DNA from: Balanoglossus misakiensis
Taxonomy: Eukaryota; Animalia; Hemichordata
NCBI GenBank assembly: GCA_040954595.2
Contig: CM082591.2
Location: 4,511,957 to 4,575,956 of the forward strand
Reading direction: 5' to 3'
DNA length: 64,000 nt
Part shown: piece by piece, positions 52,709 to 64,000 of the stretch
Layout: each line of letters opens with the position of its first letter
Numbering within the stretch: position 1 is the first letter of the stretch
Made by a program: the position numbers and the translations under genes
Notes under the pieces: generated by a model
Seen by the model: only the letters and a program-made list of their open reading frames with translations
Told to the model about the DNA's origin: nothing
The model's database searches: none

Positions 52709-55700
52709 GTGCAGGCTGCCTATTTACTTACTTATCAAATTGATACATTGCTTCGGTAATATCCGACGGTTATATTACGGGGACGGGGAGTGATGGTACC
52801 AGTGAGGGACTAAGCTGGGGAGAAAAAGCTTTCCAGTTGTAAAAGTATAAGAACTGGCTTCTTGTATGACTTGTCTTTGAATTATCGAGGCTGCAGTAAT
52901 GCATTTTCACCTAAGTGGTTCAAATTGTTAGTATCGCAAAGCATATTGGCTGCGTGTAGGCGGTGGTCCCCGCGAGAAGAATGGTACCACCCAAGTAGAT
53001 TATTATCTTTCATTGTTATTTTTCATGGCTTATATTGCTCAATTTTCATCCCTCAATTTTTTAGTTCAACTCGGCACAGGTGGACGTAGCTATCTCCCTG
53101 GTGTTGGAATCTTAACCTACCGAATTTTTACAAGTTGCGGTCGTGGTCGACGTTTTTTCCCCCATCACGTGTGGATACCCATGTAATGTTCATAACGGCT
53201 TTTTCCTGAACAGCGCCAGTAATTGTGGAAAATTATTTCGGTGTTTATATGTCAAAAGTGGTGGTTAGTTCTCTCCTGAAAACCGTGAAGCGTTGCCCCG
53301 GCCGACAAGCTTCACGGCAAACTTGCCTTGCTTGTGTGTGTGTCAAGGTTTTGCGTCGATGGTTCCCCGGTGAGCTGTGTCTTATTTCAGGTTTTCCGAC
53401 TGCTCCAGTGCATCTTGAAGACGCAGCAGGCCTTTGGATCTCACGTGTTGTTAAACCGTACCGGCACCGCATCGGCCAGCTTGGCTACACACAAAGTAGC
53501 AATATATAACGATGCATCATAAATGTAGCTATTGACTTCCCCAACCCAGCCAACAGCCGGAGATTGCGTTGCGTCGAGTACTGGTTGAAAAACTACCAGA
53601 GGATTTAATTTATCACGTTGATTAGTTATTGTGATATACTATGTATTATCACAACCACTGCAGTTGTACCAAAGATCCGATGAATAACAACATGGCATCG
53701 CGATCGAATTCTTTCTCGATATGCCTCCAGTGCAAAGTAAGCCCCTTCATCTTCTTAATTTCGTAGATTTTTTGAGGTCAAGAAATAGTAATCCATGAAT
53801 TCACACTAATTGTACCATATTATATATGTCTCTTCTTCAGAATATTTTTATGTTCTAATGTGAGGTTATTGTGAATTGTCTCGTCATGAATGTGTACCAA
53901 GGTTGTGCATGCAGAAGCATAATTAAACCTTTTTCATCAGTTACATTGTTTGTTAAAAAGTTACGGAGAACAATGCATTTTACACTCGCTGACTCCAATT
54001 CTGTGGTTATTGAAACGCAGGTTTCAAATAAAAGCTCCTTTCAACCGTACTGACGACCCAAAAACAGCTTACACATTCACAGTTGTCAGCCCCAATTAAT
54101 AAGTGGCTATAATCTAATTCTGAAGTCATCAGACATGTGTACTGTGTTCTCGTGCGCTGAGCATGCTTTGTAATTGCGGCGGTGCGTTTTGTACGCATTC
54201 ACGGGCAGGCACTTTCTGTGGATGATGCGTCCCTGTAGTACGAGATTCCCAGGCAACTGTTCTTCCGCGTTAGTTTCAAAAACCGGGATTATTTTAACAA
54301 CAGATGTCTGCCGAAGCTTCTCTGTGGTCTGTGTGGTTATATATAACCCCATCAGTTACAGGTCAGCGTATTAGCGAATAAATATGACATGAAAAAGGGC
54401 TAGATTTTCAATTTGCGTGGCAACCCAGAGTCTATCGTAACAGTGTTTCTTAGTCTGTGCTTATCTTTATCAAGCGTAGTGAAACTCAATTCAGTTGAAC
54501 GAATACCGAGCACGAGTCATGACATCGGTTTATCCGTGTCAGTGGACCACTCACTGACTTGCGGTCGGTCACGTACTCTGTCAGCATTACCTGCAGGTGC
54601 GCGAGTCCCTGAAACCAAAACTGCTGAAACATGCACGCAAATTGTTTTAACCAACAATGCAGACATCATGCTGTGTGTTGGAGGGCTGGCACTTGAGAGT
54701 AGATAACATTTGTGATAAACTTCTATCTAAGCTTTCTGGCTCAGCTAATTTAATTTGGAGTGCTTTTAAGCTATCTTACTGCCTAATGGTCTCTGTATTT
54801 CCCCATCAAACCATGAAAAACGCGTCCTGTTTCACGACCGCGTCGAGTCAAAACATCACATCTCATTTCTCCCAGTTGTCCCTCCCATTCATTGTAACAT
54901 TCCAAAAAATCGAACATTTCTGGATGTTTATCTCTTTTTGATATCGTGAATGGTTCTGCCTGAGTGGAATTTTAAGTGGTAAATTGAAAAAAGTTCGAAA
55001 TATATTAGTTGAAAATTCGGACCAAGTTTTATCATTCAGCCAAGCATTGAATTCACAAAAATGTCTATCTTTCTCCCTGGTGGCTTTTTATCAGCTAAAG
55101 TATTGAGTGGCTTATGTGATCTTGTTTCAATTTTCGGCAAGCATTTCATCAATAAAATAATTTAATAAAAATACAAGAATTTTCATTTGATATATGAGCA
55201 CCAGGTGGACTTGTGATAGTTATGTGCATAAAGGCTTTTCTGGCATGTTCGTCATAAATTTTTCACTTCTTCACAAGAGTCATTTTTCTCCCCTCGGGGG
55301 GTAGCACCACCTTCCATGATTAAAATGTCTGCCGTGTATCTGTGTATGTGGGTTGGTTGGTTCGTTTGTGGGTATCAAGTCCCATTGTGGTTGGGAATCG
55401 TGGTTTAATACCTCACAAATCAAAAGGTCATGTGTGACTCGCGATGTGCTGCTTGCGAGGTATCTCGCATTGTGGATTGGGCTAGAGTAACTGGCACCAT
55501 AGATTGAGCTGCAATTGCATATGTTATAATAGTTAAACTTACATCATATTTTGGTTACTTCTGGTAGTACCACACTTTGTAGGTTCATTATAGGTAATTC
55601 TTAGTAGAAGTGTTAAAATCTCTGTCCGTATTTTCCATTGCAATATTTTCTGTATTCCTAAGGCCATATTCTTTGGTGTGGTCATTTGGTTTTTTTCTGG

Positions 55701-57701
55701 GCTTATGGTGAGATTAATCAGGGATTTCTGGTTTTCATGGGCTTTAGTTTTGTCCCTGTATTGTCTAAAGGTCACCATGTGTGGATATAAATACATGATA
55801 TGAGAAACAAGAGTTGCATATATACACATGTGTTGTTCGAAGCCCATGAGGTATAATATTATTATTAAAATACACAAACTTGCATTATTTTGGTGAGCTG
55901 CACCAGCTGAAAAACGAATATGCAGTCTTTGAGGGGAAAAAAACACCTACGTTTCCCTTTTCTGTCACGAGACTGAAATAATGGTTTCACATGATCAGTT
56001 TTGCCCATTCTCATGTATTATATTATGTCTTTGTTCGAAAAGAAATGCCACACATGTTAGGAGTGATTATTGATCTGAACGTCCTATTGTCCACACCCCC
56101 TTTTTTCTGCTATTTTTACGCCGATACTCTGCAAATGTCACACGCAATTGTGTCTTTTATCGTCGCCGTATTTATGTCAATATTACGTGTTTGTCTCTGC
56201 GTGCTGTAGTCAATATTGAGTGTGATTTAAATCTGAATAGGGTACTGTGGTTAGATCGATACATGTATGAGAGGCCAGTATTCCCGGCCTGGTGTGTGTG
56301 TCTCTGTGACCTCCCCTCCCCAACCCCCCCAACCCTATTATATATGTAGGTGACTTGCATTGAGGTTGTAGATTTGTTGCACGTGGGCACAGTTTCCCGT
56401 TCTGTGATGTCACAGCCAGACCACCCCTCTAAATTAAATTGATATCACAAACATAATTTTACACCTGCATCTGACTTAATCATCCTTTGGTAATATTTGT
56501 TATACATCACCTCTTTGAACTTTTTCATATCTTTTCCATACTCTCTGTATTTCAATCAAAAACTCCAAGCTACAACATCAAACCTGTGTGATCCAGTAGC
56601 GTGCAAGTTTTATCGAAATCAAACGAAGAAATATTCTGTAATGGATAATAAAAAGTTCAGAGGTCATAAAAACATGTTTTTGTACTTCATTTCTATTTAA
56701 AAGTGGTGATTATGAAATGAAACCGCCAAATTGCTTTCATAAGCTTTCATCGAAACCTAATCTTGTATTTAACAAATAGTAAATACTGAACCACTCCGTC
56801 AGTATCCAGGATGTGAGGTTCTGCAAGTTACTGCTTTTAGCTTTTCACAGTAGAATGATTTTCTGTTATTCTAAGTTTTAATACCACTCTATCAAGACAT
56901 AAAGTTCAAATTATGAATGATGTATGGTTTATAGTTTGCACGTTGAATGTTATGTCCACATTGTCATTTACTTTCAAAGTCACTAGGAGAGCCTTGAAAA
57001 AATCCACCATTACGCAACCACCATGTTATCAACATGATTTACACAAATCATGATACCATCAACATAATTATCAGTGAAGAGGGGAATACTTAGTTTTACA
57101 TAAAAATCATCAAAGATAAATTTTCATGAGGTCACACAACTTTACCTGATAGATCAATAAAAACATCCACTCAAAAAACTTACCCCACAAGACATTTTAC
57201 ATAATAATTATATTCCATGTATTTCTGTAGTATAAATGCCTCACTCTGTATGTAAATTTAAACTTAGTAGTCAAACCAGGATGAATTCTCAATACAAAAT
57301 GTAATATGACTGATGGCTGGATGGTTAAAGATTAGCATTTTTACAAGAGATGATTGTCGGACGCTCAAAATAAAAGAGAACGGAAGACTGTTTTTAATAT
57401 TTAGTTGTTTTCATTCATATGTTAATTGTGCTGAATAATGAATGAAAGTCATGGATGATCCGGTTCCATTTTAATTTAGCAGAGCATCGCTGTTAATTAG
57501 GTGCAACCTATAAAAATTCAAATGGGAGTCATTTCTTGGTACTGTGATAAAAGATCGTTATTGCTTAATTTTAAGATATGGCGTTTTGTAAAGTGCAAAC
57601 AGTTAATGAGCAGCTTTATTGGTCTGACTCTGAACGAATCATTATCACATTTTCTTCATCAAATGTATGTAAAATGTGAACAAGAAATTGTACAGAGATT
57701 A

Positions 57702-57799
57702 TTAACCCTTTCATCCCTATTCTCCTTTATAGAGGTCCGACTTTACCATAGAAAATTAAACAATAGATTTGGACCAGAACATGGTGGTGAAAGGGTTAA
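57702..57799 (+). mobile_element. 90-bp piggyBac-type MITE with TTAA TSD
   Basis: TTAA|CCCTTTCA...TGAAAGGG|TTAA, with the core at 57706-57795. CCC termini plus TTAA duplication are piggyBac hallmarks. Confidence 0.85.
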
Positions 57800-60700
57800 A
57801 ATGGAATGTGCTGTCTTTGGTCGTGGTACCTCCTGGTACCATGTGTTTGTCTTCGAACTCAAACATCGTAAATTCTAAGGGGGGATGGACTCTCTGAAAG
57901 GTTTAATGCTTGTTTTTAATAACACTGGATTCTGGAAAATTAATATTTCATTAATAATTTACTGGTCTGGATCCCAGTGTAGCCGTCTGCCCTATGGCAC
58001 ATCTGTCTTCTCTTTGGGATTGGGAGTCGTCTTCAGCGAGGCTCTGACGAGTCATCGACGAGATAATTATTCAAACTTTGAGATATTTACGCGCAACACC
58101 TGCTTGTCAGTAAACTATGAATTGCCAGAAAGTTTGAGAAAATGTATTGTAGTAGTATTTTTTCACGCACCAGACTGACTGCATTCAGGTCTTTGTTTCC
58201 GTTATTAAATGTAATTGCAAAGGGGGGTCAGGTGCAGGTTGTAATTCCCAACACAGTGTAAAGCAGCCATGTGTTGTAATCAGGCTTCCACGGTTCGCTT
58301 GGTGTAATTATCATGCCTTCTGCAATTGTATCAGGCTAATCTGTTTGGGCACAATACACACTATTTGAATTTAAATACTGATAGGTGTTCGAGAATTTTT
58401 GAATGTAGTTGTTGCTCTGTGTATTGGACAGAGTCATTGTGTGTGTGTCAATGTGCATCCTAAGCCAAAAAGACATCAACAAATTACAGATGACATGAGA
58501 AAATTTTTCCAGAAGTTTTCAAATTTATTAAAAGGTTTTTAACAATCACACTTCTTACATCTAGAATGCTATAACCTGTAGGAGTGAAGCTTGGACATTT
58601 GGAAGTTCTGGTTATATTTAAGTTGATATACTATTACTGCTGTTTTTTTTTTTTTTAATTTATTTGGCAAAAGTAATGAAAACATTACGGTTAAGCAATT
58701 TAGAGAAAAGACTGAAGTTGATAAAGCCATTATAAAGAGCAAAGAAGTTACCATGGTGATAGCATGGCTGTTAAATGTCAGGAATGGTTTGGGTTGCACT
58801 CATAAGTAACTAATGCCTAAATTTTAATTTTCCGTTTTGTTACCATTTCATTTATTTTGATTAAAATGATATTAACATTCACAATCTCCGAGGTTCGAGC
58901 ACCGACAAAATTTTATGGTAATTGAAAGCTAATGATGCCCAAGTAACTTGCCAACTATGGCAAGTATATTTGCACAGCTCATGGACGGGATTGTATGACT
59001 GATAGCTTGAAATCCCTCTGACAAATGCTTGTTTGTGATCTTTATGTAGTTTTCATTCGATAATGGCTTCTGTGACATTAATGCATGATACTTGTCAGGC
59101 TGCTGTGGTACTAAAACACTTAAAAGACAGTAATTTTGGTGAGAAATTTTAAACAAAATACTATTATCCAGCTCTGTTCGTAAATACAAATTTTACAGTG
59201 AGGATTTTTTCTAGGTGAAGTGATGAAAATAACGTCAGTTATTGAAAGGGGTCGAAACTTGGCACCTGAGAGGTGCAAGTTGTACATTAATGCCACGTCA
59301 GCTAATTGCCGCCATGCAGGATACTGTCTGCCTGTGTACACAGTGGTATTCGAGCATGAGCTACATAACATCCCACTGCTCACGGGCAACCTCAAATTTA
59401 GTTACAGATGTTTTCATACCAGAACTGGCCCCAAAGCATTTGCCAAGTGTGTGTAAGGTTTCCATCATTACATGAATACGTAACATACAGTGAAGTTCAA
59501 ACAAAATATGTCAAGCTAAATTATTTGCTATATCGACGAAATGTGTGAGTATTCAGATCAAGCAACAAAAGGTTCACCATTTACTCATTTGTGTGTACGT
59601 TATAAATATTTTTCATGCAAAACAAAAAATATCTAAAAAGCATTAAAAGATTGTTCTAGCTTAATCTCTTCAAACCATATAAAATATTGACGTCATCTCT
59701 TTATCTGTATAAAAGCATCATAGATTATTCACAGCACATTAACTGCGCTTGTACACAAACCAATTTCTCCAAATGTTATAAAAAAATTAAGACATACTGC
59801 AACTATTTTACATTAGCCAAAATTGCACCTTGCATTCTAAAAACCAGTGAGATCGAAAACAGTGGTAATGCTCTTAAATTCCTTGAAAATGGATCATGAT
59901 TAATTGATGCGTGATATGAAATATAATCTCTCATAGTTTCGGTAGTGATGGCAACCGGCGAGAAGTCGTGATGGAACATTGATAGTTTCATCAGAATATT
60001 GTGATCTGTCGTGAGCTTACTCTGAATTTTGAGTTTCGCATGTGGACGTGACCGCGAGAGGCCTTACTGTGATAATTGAAATACCAGAAAGACTTACATC
60101 GTGAAGATGATAAGCTTCATGAAAATATGATGGATTTCACCATAAAAGCTGTATTCTTTATCCCAACTTAAATGTTCATTATTTTGGAAAAGTGGGTTAA
60201 TGTAATCACTGGTGACTCTCCTTGAAACAAGTGATACCAATTCCTTGCTTGACGACTGTTTCCAGGTTCAAGTCTTTGTCTTCGCAGATTTGACCATGTG
60301 GGCTACATGGTATACTTTTGGTTTAGTTTGTCAGTGGTGTCTCTTTCCTCAAAATTGACTTGCGGTAAGTTCGAAGTTTAGCGAACTCTAGGTTGGTGGG
60401 CAGGGTGGAAAAGTGAGTAGTCAGGGATGTCTAGATTCTCATCTGCAGTTTCTGAGTGACCATCTGAATGAAAATTGGCAGCAGATTAATGCGTTGCCGG
60501 GCGTCGGTACAGAGCTTTTACAATAATTGTCGTCAGACAGCGAACTGAGGGCTCCCATTCAGCATCTCCAGTTGACAAACTAATATATACCTGTCGGAGG
60601 AAAAACCACGGAAGGAAAGAATGTTTTTAACGTGACATGCGATGATTTTCCACTCATTGTTAAAAGTCCTGTCAAGTGGTGCACTGGGAACATTTTAGCA

Positions 60701-63700
60701 ATTTGTGTGTGTGTTGAAGTCTTCTTTTCACTGATGATCAATGTGAGCAGTGGGGGAAGTAACAGTGTTTGCATATGAGGGATGGAACAGTGAAATAGTG
60801 TCCATGGGGAGGGGTAGACTTCGAGCAATTTTCCCCAAAAACATCCACGGCTGATATAATGCATTCGCAGTCAATACCCAGTATTGACTGACTTGAGTGA
60901 AACGTAGGATGTTCCAGTCAAAGATTTCAATGAGAATTCATTCACTTCTCGCGAAACTGGAGAAGAAAACGGTATTAGAGTGTGTTTTTGGTGTATAATT
61001 GCCATCAAACTCCTGTTAACTGCTGTGAATGGTTAAATGCAGACTTAAAACCACAAGCCCACTTAAAACGGCAAGCCATTTGTAGCCATATTGTCAGGAT
61101 CTTAGTAACATCAGCCGAGCTTTTGACGAAGCGTTGAAAGCTGCGAATTTGAAGTTGGGATTTGTATTGTGCAAGTGGTAACTTGTAAAAACATGGAGTC
61201 ATTCTCTGCAGGTTGATTGTAAATGTTATTCTAGATCTCTGAAGCAGTGAATGTGGTTGTGGAGGTGTCATGACTTTATCGCGAAAAAGCGTTGAAAATG
61301 AACGTAGATTTGGAATTTTTTCATCATGTTTACTTTGTGTCAAGACGGCTATTCATGTAACTAATAATAGCAGTTATTGTTAATCAGTACATTTGTATTT
61401 TATAATGATTATTATACAGGTTGAAATACTGCTTGATAGTTTCACTCACAAATCTCTGTGACGTCATGGCAACGGCCGTTGTTTGTCAGTCAAGTGTTGA
61501 AGTTTTCTACGCCAATGTCCTGTAAACATGTATGTGTTTGAAGTTGATTTCATAATTCATAATTATTCAATAAATATTTTGTCTTCTTTTTTAACCTTTA
61601 TAGCAACAAAGTTATTCAATATGATGTAGTAAAAAATGGTGAAATTTTAGAGACGAGGGGTTTGTTTACACTTCGATAGTGTTCAAATATGCACATTGGT
61701 ATCAGATGGAGGTATGGAATAAAATGACGGAAAACACACAAAGATTGAAATGAAAAAGAAGAGGATAATGTGTCATAGCCAGACTGTTGTCAAATAAAAG
61801 CTTGGCACGCCAACTGGGATGTTGATTCAAGGGAGGTAGATTGAAATCTAGATGTCGAAAATGTAATGCAGGCCCTTTTACTAGTTTTAGTGTAATGGTT
61901 GCCACTGTGGCTGTGGTAACCAGGTGAACTTGATTGACTTTTGTTATTCAGTTTTCAGCTTAACAGAATTTTGCAGAATTACCCCTAAGTGAAGCAACAG
62001 CCCTTTATAAATATGAACATCAAATATATTTTATACAAGCCTGTAAACCATGTTTTAGTTAGCTGTATACAAACATTTATTTACTTGATTATGTATTAAA
62101 ACAAGGTGGCAAACCTTTACTCATATTCTTCACAAAACATTTCATATGAGCTAAAATATAAAAATGGAGTTTGTAAAGATATAATTTACTTTGAATTTAT
62201 TTCTGAAAATTATACCCTGAGGTGAATTCAACTGACTAGAAGAAAAAGATGGCAAAATTGTATTACATCTTCACCACCATATGCATGATTATGACGTGTT
62301 GGTTGCACATTCAGTATCTTGCCCAGTATGTGTTAGACTACTAACGTAACACACTGGCTTCCACGGCTCAGACTGTGAACACTTCACAAGCTGTCAACGC
62401 CAGTTGACTTTTCAATTAGGCTGGAGAGAGATTGTCAACCTATCAGGGCTGCCTTTATGGCCCATTGATGGTTTTGAGGGGATGTTTCCTGCAGACTTTT
62501 TGAACTGCCAACCCCCACGGTCAGATGTGTGTACTGGCCCAGTTGAGTACAAGTACTGGTACTTTATGTCTCAACAACATGTTAATGAACTTATGGATAA
62601 CAATCCTGCAACTAGACATATGGCAGTGTGGACTGGTTTAATGTTACACCGAATGGTTTTCCAGTTGAGATTTTTCAACATAGATACAGGTAAATAAATG
62701 TACTGTAATGAAAAAGATGAAAGGTGAATAGTTGTGACATTGGAAATAGTTTTACAATGTGGCATGGAAAATGAAGATTTCAATTAGTCAGTTTTGCACC
62801 CAGGAAGGTGCTTAATTATTGCTCCCCTTAACTTTTTGCAAATTGTGTGTAGTGTTGTGTTCAGACACTCTGGCCAATTTTAAATTCCCACTACATTCGC
62901 AAACTGTGTGTTGTTGTTTGCTGCTAACTCAATTTGTCAAGTTTACACCTATGTAGAAGATTCCGTAGGTCAACTCTAGCAGGCAAGACTGCTGCTCCAG
63001 AGGGAAATTTGCTACGGGTTGGGTTTTGAGAATTCCAGTGTTACATCACTTTCTGATTGCCTTGCGAGTCCCAAACCTGTCAACATCTCGACCTCTTAGC
63101 ATTTACCTTCTGGGGCACTTGATGGGGGAGATAAACAGTGTTTCTTAAAGAAAACCACCTTCCAGGTGACACAGAGTTCTTTGGATGAAGGTATTGTGGC
63201 CCACTATTGGTATCCTGTGCTATTTAGACACATATCCACAAGCTGCCACTTTGATTAACACTGCAATATTACACATTGTTGTATATCATTTGTTACATAT
63301 GGAGTGAGACTGCTCTAACTTTTCAATACCTGGCATTGTAGTTTTGCCTTTTCACCTTATGTAGATTTATCTTTCTTTCATGGATTTTACCATGTGATGT
63401 ATTCATCGTCATTTGTCTGCACCATCTGTCTGTCGTGGCAATTTATTCGTTCTGTCCAGATACATCCCTACAGGATCTTTTAGGTGATAAACGTCCACGC
63501 CACAGCGTCAGATTTTACTCATTTTCAACTTAATCAGAATGTTCGCCAGATGTCACGTCTCATGAGAATAGTTCATTTTAGTCAACCTGTTCATCCTGCC
63601 CACTAGCCTCTTTGGAGGTTGTTAGTCGAGTTATGAGAAACATGATAACATCAGGACTAACTTGCATTTCCTATCACCAAGTCTGGGTTTTTATCCAGCC

Positions 63701-64000
63701 TTTCCCACAATGTCTTAGCCAGGTGTGTGTGTGTGTTTTTCTTGTGTTGACATCTTCATCCTGTCCGGACACATTCCCCACAAGTTTCTGCTACACCTTC
63801 CGATAAGTTATTTCCCATGTGATTCTAAATGAAGATGGCTGTGTGCCATATATTCAGTTTAATCAGACTTAAAGCAGGCAACTTCACAGGAATACCTTAT
63901 CATCAACTTTTTAATTGTCCTGTACTCCCAAAGTGACCAAATTGTCATTGAAAAGTAGATGGTGCAAGTTGCGAATGGACAAACGTCTGATCTATCGTAC

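Noticed and set aside
46699-57281. Identical 16-mer AGTAGTCAAACCAGGA at 46699 and 57266
   Set aside because: The flanks do not align, and one or two such matches are plausible by chance.
62621-62640. TGGCAGTGTGGACTGGTT resembling miR-34
   Set aside because: It diverges after 11 nt and has no pairing 3' arm.
65-63806. The short ORFs of the six-frame track as genes
   Set aside because: All are 135 aa or shorter, overlap on both strands, often use non-ATG starts, have composition typical of translated non-coding DNA, and show no recognisable domain.

Overview
This window is AT-rich (roughly 60-65% AT by eye) and almost certainly non-coding animal DNA, either a large intron or an intergenic stretch. 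It is not prokaryotic: no ORF exceeds 135 aa, none resembles a protein family I recognise, and I see no operon, rRNA, tRNA or CRISPR array. The style of repeats would fit an invertebrate, possibly a deuterostome, but that is a weak inference. The directly supportable features are: several non-autonomous DNA-transposon MITEs (TA-target Tc1/mariner-pogo type at 21457, 31217 and 39548; a ~90-bp TTAA-target piggyBac-type family at 1699, 35229 and 57702), a decayed foldback at ~1135-1365, a 62-bp minisatellite present at two loci, a four-copy 240-bp tandem array, and microsatellites. The most interesting unexplained signal is regulatory. By manual count there are at least 11 paired nuclear-receptor response elements, at least 25 exact octamers (one in a perfect Sox-POU composite) and several RFX X-boxes, many within short CpG-retaining patches. 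There is also a pre-miRNA-sized hairpin at 27726-27784 and one possible symmetric 270-nt exon at 62420-62689. I could not establish a novel biological system; these are leads only. All counts are manual and need computational confirmation.
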